From a virus (taxonomy: Duplodnaviria; Caudoviricetes), in IMG/VR virus record IMGVR_UViG_3300037067_006113, positions 1 to 64,000 of that record: DNA of 64,000 nucleotides, one strand, 5' to 3'. A model generated the notes under the pieces. The model was not told the DNA's origin, did no database searches, and saw nothing but the letters and a program-made list of their open reading frames with translations. Every line of letters starts with the position of its first letter. The stretch's first letter is position 1. The position numbers were made by a program, and so were the translations under genes. Positions 58,266-64,000 of the stretch are shown here, piece after piece.

Positions 58266-58823
58266 TCATTCATCAAAATTTGTACTAATTTCTTCTTCTT
58301 TAGATCCGTCTATTCCAAACTCTTCTTTTAATTTATTACCCCATGAATTGATTATTTTATTATTAATGTTATCTATTTTGCTGTTCTCTTTCCAACACTT
58401 TGTAATTCTAGCCATTTTAGGTCTAACAGGATAAATCTTACATAAGTTGCCTTTTCCTAAGAAAATACATTTCCCTTCATTATAAGTTCTTCTAGCTGGA
58501 ATAAATTTACCTGCTAAATCTTTAATATTTACTCCTACAGGTTTAAGAAAATAAATATTTCCAAATGGTTGCTTATCAATAGCATAATACTTATGTATCA
58601 ATTCATTCGGTGTAAGTTTCAAGAATTTAGCAACTTTTTTTAATTCTGACAGAGTAGGTATACAAGATCTACAATGGCAACAAAAACCACATTTAACACA
58701 ATGATCTACTCCTCTCAAAGAGGCTGGTTTTAATCTCTTTCGCAGTGATTCTAATTTGTCATATGTTTCATGTTGTAAACGTAATCCATCTGCTAGTGTA
58801 GATAATAAATTAAACATCTCCAT
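58266..58823 (-). CDS. YkgJ-family CxxCxxCC protein
   Basis: CVKCGFCC, CIFL, CKIYPVRP. Confidence 0.8.
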   Translation of the reverse strand: MEMFNLLSTLADGLRLQHETYDKLESLRKRLKPASLRGVDHCVKCGFCCHCRSCIPTLSELKKVAKFLKLTPNELIHKYYAIDKQPFGNIYFLKPVGVNIKDLAGKFIPARRTYNEGKCIFLGKGNLCKIYPVRPKMARITKCWKENSKIDNINNKIINSWGNKLKEEFGIDGSKEEEISTNFDE

Positions 58824-59241
58824 TTAAATCCACCTCTTTTTCTCTTTCAAACCAGGCATCTGGCAAATTTAATTCTAAAAACTGACCTGCCTTATTAAAA
58901 TCTCTATATATCCATTTCAATATTACATTTCTCGGTGTCTTATTTGATATTTGATCTCTTAAAGTCTTTAGTCTTTCAAGTTTACCGAGCCATACGCGAT
59001 TAATCATATTAACTGCTAATTTACTATCCGAAAACACACATGCTACGTCTGTTTTTATATTCTGGTTTATCCAATCATATGCTTTTTCAATAGCTATGAA
59101 CTCAGCTTCATTATTTGTATGGTCACCAATATTTTCATGAATAATGACCTCATTTTCATATACTACGCATATTCTCGCGCTTTGATTTGCTTTTCCATTG
59201 TTATATGCTCCACCATCTACATAAAGTGTATGTATTTTCAT
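58810..59241 (-). CDS. Ribonuclease HI-like protein
   Basis: YVDGG, TNNEAEF, SDSKL, WIYR. Confidence 0.85.
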   Translation of the reverse strand: MKIHTLYVDGGAYNNGKANQSARICVVYENEVIIHENIGDHTNNEAEFIAIEKAYDWINQNIKTDVACVFSDSKLAVNMINRVWLGKLERLKTLRDQISNKTPRNVILKWIYRDFNKAGQFLELNLPDAWFEREKEVDLNGDV

Positions 59242-59843
59242 GATTTATTTTCTTTCTTATGCTTTTCCATATATATTTTATGATATCTTTTATTTGCTTC
59301 TCTTTTTTTATTTCTCCAATTTTCATCATTTTCCCACTTATTGTGATAATAATTTCTCATATAAATCTTTCTTCCTGGAAGGAAATGGTACCACCATTTT
59401 CTATAGCATTTTATGCACATTCCTCTAGATCTGTCTTTCTTCTTTGTTATATCTTTATGGCAAACACTGCACTCTTTAGGATATAAAACACTTCTTATAC
59501 TATTTTTAGTTCTGTTTTTTCTGGTCAAATAGTTCTTACAGGCAACACAATATCCGCGTGAATGATTATTTTCAGTAAGTGGTCTATTACATGTTTTACA
59601 ATTTTTACCAAGCCAGGAACTCATATCATGAGGAGATTTTACTCTCTCTGGTATTCCGCTCTTTTTAACAATTTGTTCAACTCTTTGCCTACTTATGTTG
59701 TTTAACTTGCCAGTTTCAGCATATGATCGCGTTATTTTAAAATCAAATAATACTTTATTTCTATCGCATTTTATTTTATAAGTCATATCGTTTTTCTCTT
59801 TTCTTTCTATTAACCCAATCAGATATGTCAAACTCAGTTTCAA
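59238..59843 (-). CDS. HTH plus zinc-finger DNA-binding protein
   Basis: ISRQRVEQI; several CxxC and RGxC motifs. Confidence 0.65.
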   Translation of the reverse strand: MKLSLTYLIGLIERKEKNDMTYKIKCDRNKVLFDFKITRSYAETGKLNNISRQRVEQIVKKSGIPERVKSPHDMSSWLGKNCKTCNRPLTENNHSRGYCVACKNYLTRKNRTKNSIRSVLYPKECSVCHKDITKKKDRSRGMCIKCYRKWWYHFLPGRKIYMRNYYHNKWENDENWRNKKREANKRYHKIYMEKHKKENKS

Positions 59844-60084
59844 AATCCGATTGAGGTAACTTAGCTACAAAATCGTATTTAAATGTATGGTGAAATCTTA
59901 CGGCGGTTTCTCTATCAGTAACTGTCAACAATAGAGCTAAAGCAAGCTGTGAAGGTCCTGAACCGTGATAGCCCCATAAAAATCCATCAGGACTATGGTT
60001 AATAACCATCTGACTTCTAACAGGTGATAATTCCTTACCGTCTACTTTAACTATTTGTGTTTTATATGTTCCTTGTATTTTCAT
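59776..60084 (-). CDS. DUF6166-like phage protein
   Basis: NHSPDGFLWGYHGSGPSQLALALL. Confidence 0.75.
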   Translation of the reverse strand: MKIQGTYKTQIVKVDGKELSPVRSQMVINHSPDGFLWGYHGSGPSQLALALLLTVTDRETAVRFHHTFKYDFVAKLPQSDFETEFDISDWVNRKKREKRYDL

Positions 60085-63000
60085 TTAATATTAACAGTAT
60101 TCCATAACCAACTTGCATAGGTTAATTTATTACAACCGTTACATCTTTCATTATCAGCTCCGTTTGCGTGTATACCACAATCTTCTTTGCAATTACATAT
60201 GGAAAGTTTTATTCTTGGATAGTTGTCTATAGTATAGAAATATCCTTCGTCTGTTTTTATTATTCTTGCTAATATAAGTTCTTTACTATTCATGTTTTCC
60301 ATTATTCGTTATCCTTTTTAGTAATATCCTCTCTCTTAAAACAATTAGTTTTTAATTCTCCCCATTGTTCTTTTCTTTCACTTTCACAATACCATTCTCC
60401 TACTCCTGGTATAGATTTTATCTGTACGTATCTATCAGGCATATAAAATAGATAACGGAATAAAACCACTACACCAGTAACAATTACTATTGTTGTTATT
60501 ATTGATACAATTATTGCTACGTTATTATTATCGTCGTGCATATTATTTTCCTTATAAACGAACTTCATAACAAGTTTTAAAAGTAGGTTTACCAATTCCC
60601 CATTCTTTGTATTGGTTACAAAATAGGCTTCTATCATTATAAAAGTCCCCACTATTTATTGGTGCCGATATGGCAAGACAGACAGCCACACTAATTAGTA
60701 TTACTATAAATACTATGAGTATCCAAGCTTCTTTCATATTATCTCCATATAAATTTATTACTTTTCATTGTTAAATTTCCTATTAATTCTCCAAGCTTCT
60801 TAGTTGTCACTATTTATATAATCTTCGTAAGACAACTCATTAAAAGTTATTTTTTTTCCTACTCCAACTTTAATAATATTATTTTCTACCTCTATTTTTC
60901 CACTATCTGATCTGTTTTCTCCTGCCCAATAAATAACCCCAGACAACTTAATATCTTTTGGTGCAAAAAAGTTTTCAATTAACCAATGTAACCACTCAAC
61001 ATAACTATAGAAGTTTTCACTCCCGTCCCATCGTAAATGTTTCCCGTCTTTAGTTATTTCCCATTGGCAATAATAATCAGGTTTAGACTTATCATTTCTG
61101 TGATCTGCTTGGTGTATTTTTTCAAACTTATTAAATTCATTGAGAGTAACTTGGCGACTCAAATTTAACTTACCTTCAAAATTAGTATTGTAACCCATAA
61201 TATAATTCCCCCTTAAATTTATTACTTGGTTGATTTCTTACAGCCTCCTTTTTCACGAACCTTTAAAGCAACCCATGCTTCATCTGTCTTAGTACATACG
61301 TTATAAGAAAAACCTGCTATAGACGGTCTATCAAACTCATCAGGTAAAACTATATCCCAAAATTTTCTTCTCTCCTCCCATTCTTTATAAGAAACTCTTG
61401 AAGGCTTATCAGTTTGATTTTGATAGTGATAATCGGTTAATTCACCCTTAAAAACTCTACGTCTTAACTTGTCACTCACACCGAAAAACTGAAGATAAAT
61501 TTCCCCATTAACAGGAAACGCTACAGCAGAAGTTTCTAGATTAAATGGACTTCTATACCCTTTTAACGTTTCTTCTTGTAGTTTGTATAAGATTTCTAGA
61601 TATGTCATATTTTCTGTATACAAGGCGAGCTCTTTAGATATTTCCTCTATAAACTCTATTCTTAGTTGTTTGAGTTTACCTAGTAAAACCTCAAAACTTG
61701 TTCCATTCCATTTATATGCGTTATATATTTTAGTGCTCATTGGTTTTTCCTTTCACAGCAACATTGCTGGCGAGTGTATACTTGTTCTTTATTCATTTAC
61801 TTTTCCTTTTCTGAACTTAATAAATTGGCTTTGAATTGGTCTTTAAGACTGACTATACTTTCTAAATTAAAGCGAGGGTTTTTAAGCAGCCATACCACAA
61901 ACTCGTCTAATATATCCATACAGGCTTTAGTTTGGAGGGCGGAGAGTTCTTTAATCAATTCTTTATAGTATTCCTCTCTTTGGAGAACAGAACAGTAACT
62001 ATCGCTATACATAGAACTTGCATGAATACCATTATTATTTAAGACTTCTTCTATTTCCTCATTAGTTTTACCCTTTCTTAGATATTTTGCTTCTTCAGGT
62101 GTAACTAGAAATCCGTATGGAATGTTAATACCATCTTTAACCATTAATTTTATGCAGTTCCTTATCATTAGTTTATTTTCCTTATATTAAACCAAATACT
62201 CTTGCTCCAATAATTAAAAGAAACACAATAGTAAAATATCTAAAACAATGTTCATTAATTATAGAAAGTAATATAGCTATAAGTATCATTGCATAGTAAA
62301 ACCAATTCATACATTCCCCCATATAAATTTATTACTCATTGGTTGGATTGCTTTCAGCATATTAAATAAATATTCTTTCCAACCGGCGAATTTAATTCCC
62401 CATTACAAGTGCTATCTAAAAGGTTTCCATAATTAATTACAGATGTTGCTAAAAACATTTATTTCCCCTCCTCCGGTGTAGTTTGTTGAGAGAGATAATC
62501 GGGTATTATTTTGTCCAACTCCTCCAAGCAACTACCGCAAAATTTTTGGTCTTTTTCATCTCTATTAGAAAAATCAAATTGACTACAGTATTTTACAAAC
62601 CCCTCAACCGCTTCCCTTTTTATTTTTCCCTCATCAAGATTTAGGTAGGGTAAGAAGAATTGCCAAATGTCATTGAACCTATTAACTTCTTGTGCGTTAT
62701 AGATTGCACCAGTTCCCTTTTTTCCTTTACCACCTACCTGATTTCCTCTAAAGTCAAAAAACTTTGCGAATTCTTCCTTCACTTTTTCCACATCGATCCT
62801 TTGGATTATGCTAGGAGTAATTTTCTCAATTATCTTTTGTGCTTGTCGTTCTATCAACAGTTCCGAAACTGCGGTTGTTACACCCATTGCTTCTTCTTCC
62901 GCTCTTAGTATTTCTTTTATTTCCTCAACCCTAGTGGTTTTATTTAATTGTTCTTTAGCTTTGTTGGTCATAATTTTTTATTTATATAATTAAACCTTAA

Positions 63001-63987
63001 ATATTGTTTCTTTATTTTCTGGATCAACCATTTTCTTGAAAGTATCTATTATTGGTTTAAATCTTTTATCTTTTTCAAGTTCTTCCTTAGACATTCCTTT
63101 CATTTCTTCCATAGTTTTCTCAAATTTTTCTGCGACTGTTAATGGTTTTTCGCCAGTAACTAATCCTTTAACAAATTCCTTTGCCTCTTCTGGTACAGAG
63201 AACTCTATATACGCATAAGTACAATCAAAATCATCATCATAATCACGAATATAGTTAGGGTGCTGTTTTAATATATCAAACACCCAAAAGTATCCTTCTC
63301 TATTTCCGCCACCATTTCTTGTATATAAAATTATCTTTGAACCATCCTCATTTAGGTAAATATCTCTAAATCTTCCTGTTGGATATTGTTTATTCTCTAT
63401 ACAATTATGAATGTATGTTTCTCCTGCCTTTGTCATGCCTTCGTCATATGGAATCCACTCTTTTGGATAACTAATTCCTTTATCATTATCTAAATCTAAT
63501 ATCTGTTTTAATATTTCTGCTTGTGGGTTCATCCCATGTAGCATATTATAAAGACTCATAATTCCTCCAGTCTTAACTTATTAGTTACTTCTTTTAATTT
63601 TTCTATAACTTCAGGACTATCAAATAATTTAGATTTAACAGCTGATTGAATAGATAACAGTATTTCCATACTTTTAGCTTCAATATCTGTTTTCAATCGG
63701 TCAAACGAAAACCATATAAACATTGGATTTCCAAATGTATATGTTTGGGTTATACCAGTAATTTGACCGCGTTTATCTATATCTTCAATTTTCTCAACGA
63801 CACAAATGACCCCAGCGTGTGCCATATTTTGATATATAGTATCGCCGTCGCGTTTGATTGTAACTTCAATATTCGTCTTTTCTGATACCTGTTCTCCTGA
63901 TTGGTTATATATTTTATTGATACCAGTCGGTTTTGCCTCATTGCCTTTTAATGTTTGGTATTCATCTTCAAGGTGCTCTCGTTCCAT
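60081..63987 (-). other. Run of early-type phage hypothetical ORFs
   Basis: MGYNTNFEG..YCQW..WDG, MSTKIYNAY..YHYQNQTD and MSLYN..RFRD..YTRNGGGNR..DDDFDCTY motifs. Confidence 0.65.
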
Positions 63988-64000
63988 AATTACTTTTCTA

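Noticed and set aside
2104-63218. Remaining short + strand ORFs in the track
   Set aside because: They lie antisense to well-supported - strand genes and lack motifs
1-64000. Stop-codon reassignment
   Set aside because: Conserved genes (terL, portal, recA, rtcB, iscS) are full length in code 11, TAG and TGA both end genes, and no suppressor tRNA is present
1-64000. Retron or diversity-generating retroelement explaining the ncRNAs
   Set aside because: No reverse transcriptase motif (YxDD) or TR/VR repeat pair seen in this window

Overview
A 64-kb, AT-rich segment of a large tailed dsDNA phage or prophage-like element. Essentially all credible genes lie on the - strand, in the standard genetic code, behind many sigma70-type promoters. 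From high to low coordinates (the direction of transcription) it contains: (i) small accessory genes with RNase H, WGR, SLT-like, MoxR AAA+/vWA, a metallophosphatase, IscS, an MT-A70 methyltransferase with an adjacent nuclease-like gene, and two CxxCxxCC proteins; (ii) a lambda-type replication module (initiator with three internal 17-bp iterons, DnaC-like loader), a LemA/TPM cassette, MucR, RecA, SSB, a resolvase and thioredoxin; (iii) a cluster of 8 tRNA genes interleaved with several tRNA-like or structured non-tRNA elements; (iv) ParB-like, small and large terminase, portal and ClpP; (v) an RNA-repair island (Pol-beta NTase, calcineurin-like phosphoesterase, intein-containing RtcB) that encloses about 800 nt of tandem structured non-coding RNAs; and (vi) an 11.7-kb glycosyltransferase/methyltransferase island. 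The best candidate for an undescribed system is the set of large, end-paired, tRNA-scaffolded RNAs with no usable anticodon or CCA. Two of them share a conserved 20-nt core plus a paired 3' motif, and they sit next to RtcB and inside the tRNA operon. A Patescibacteria (CPR)-like host is inferred but not shown. All structures were folded by eye and no database searches were run.
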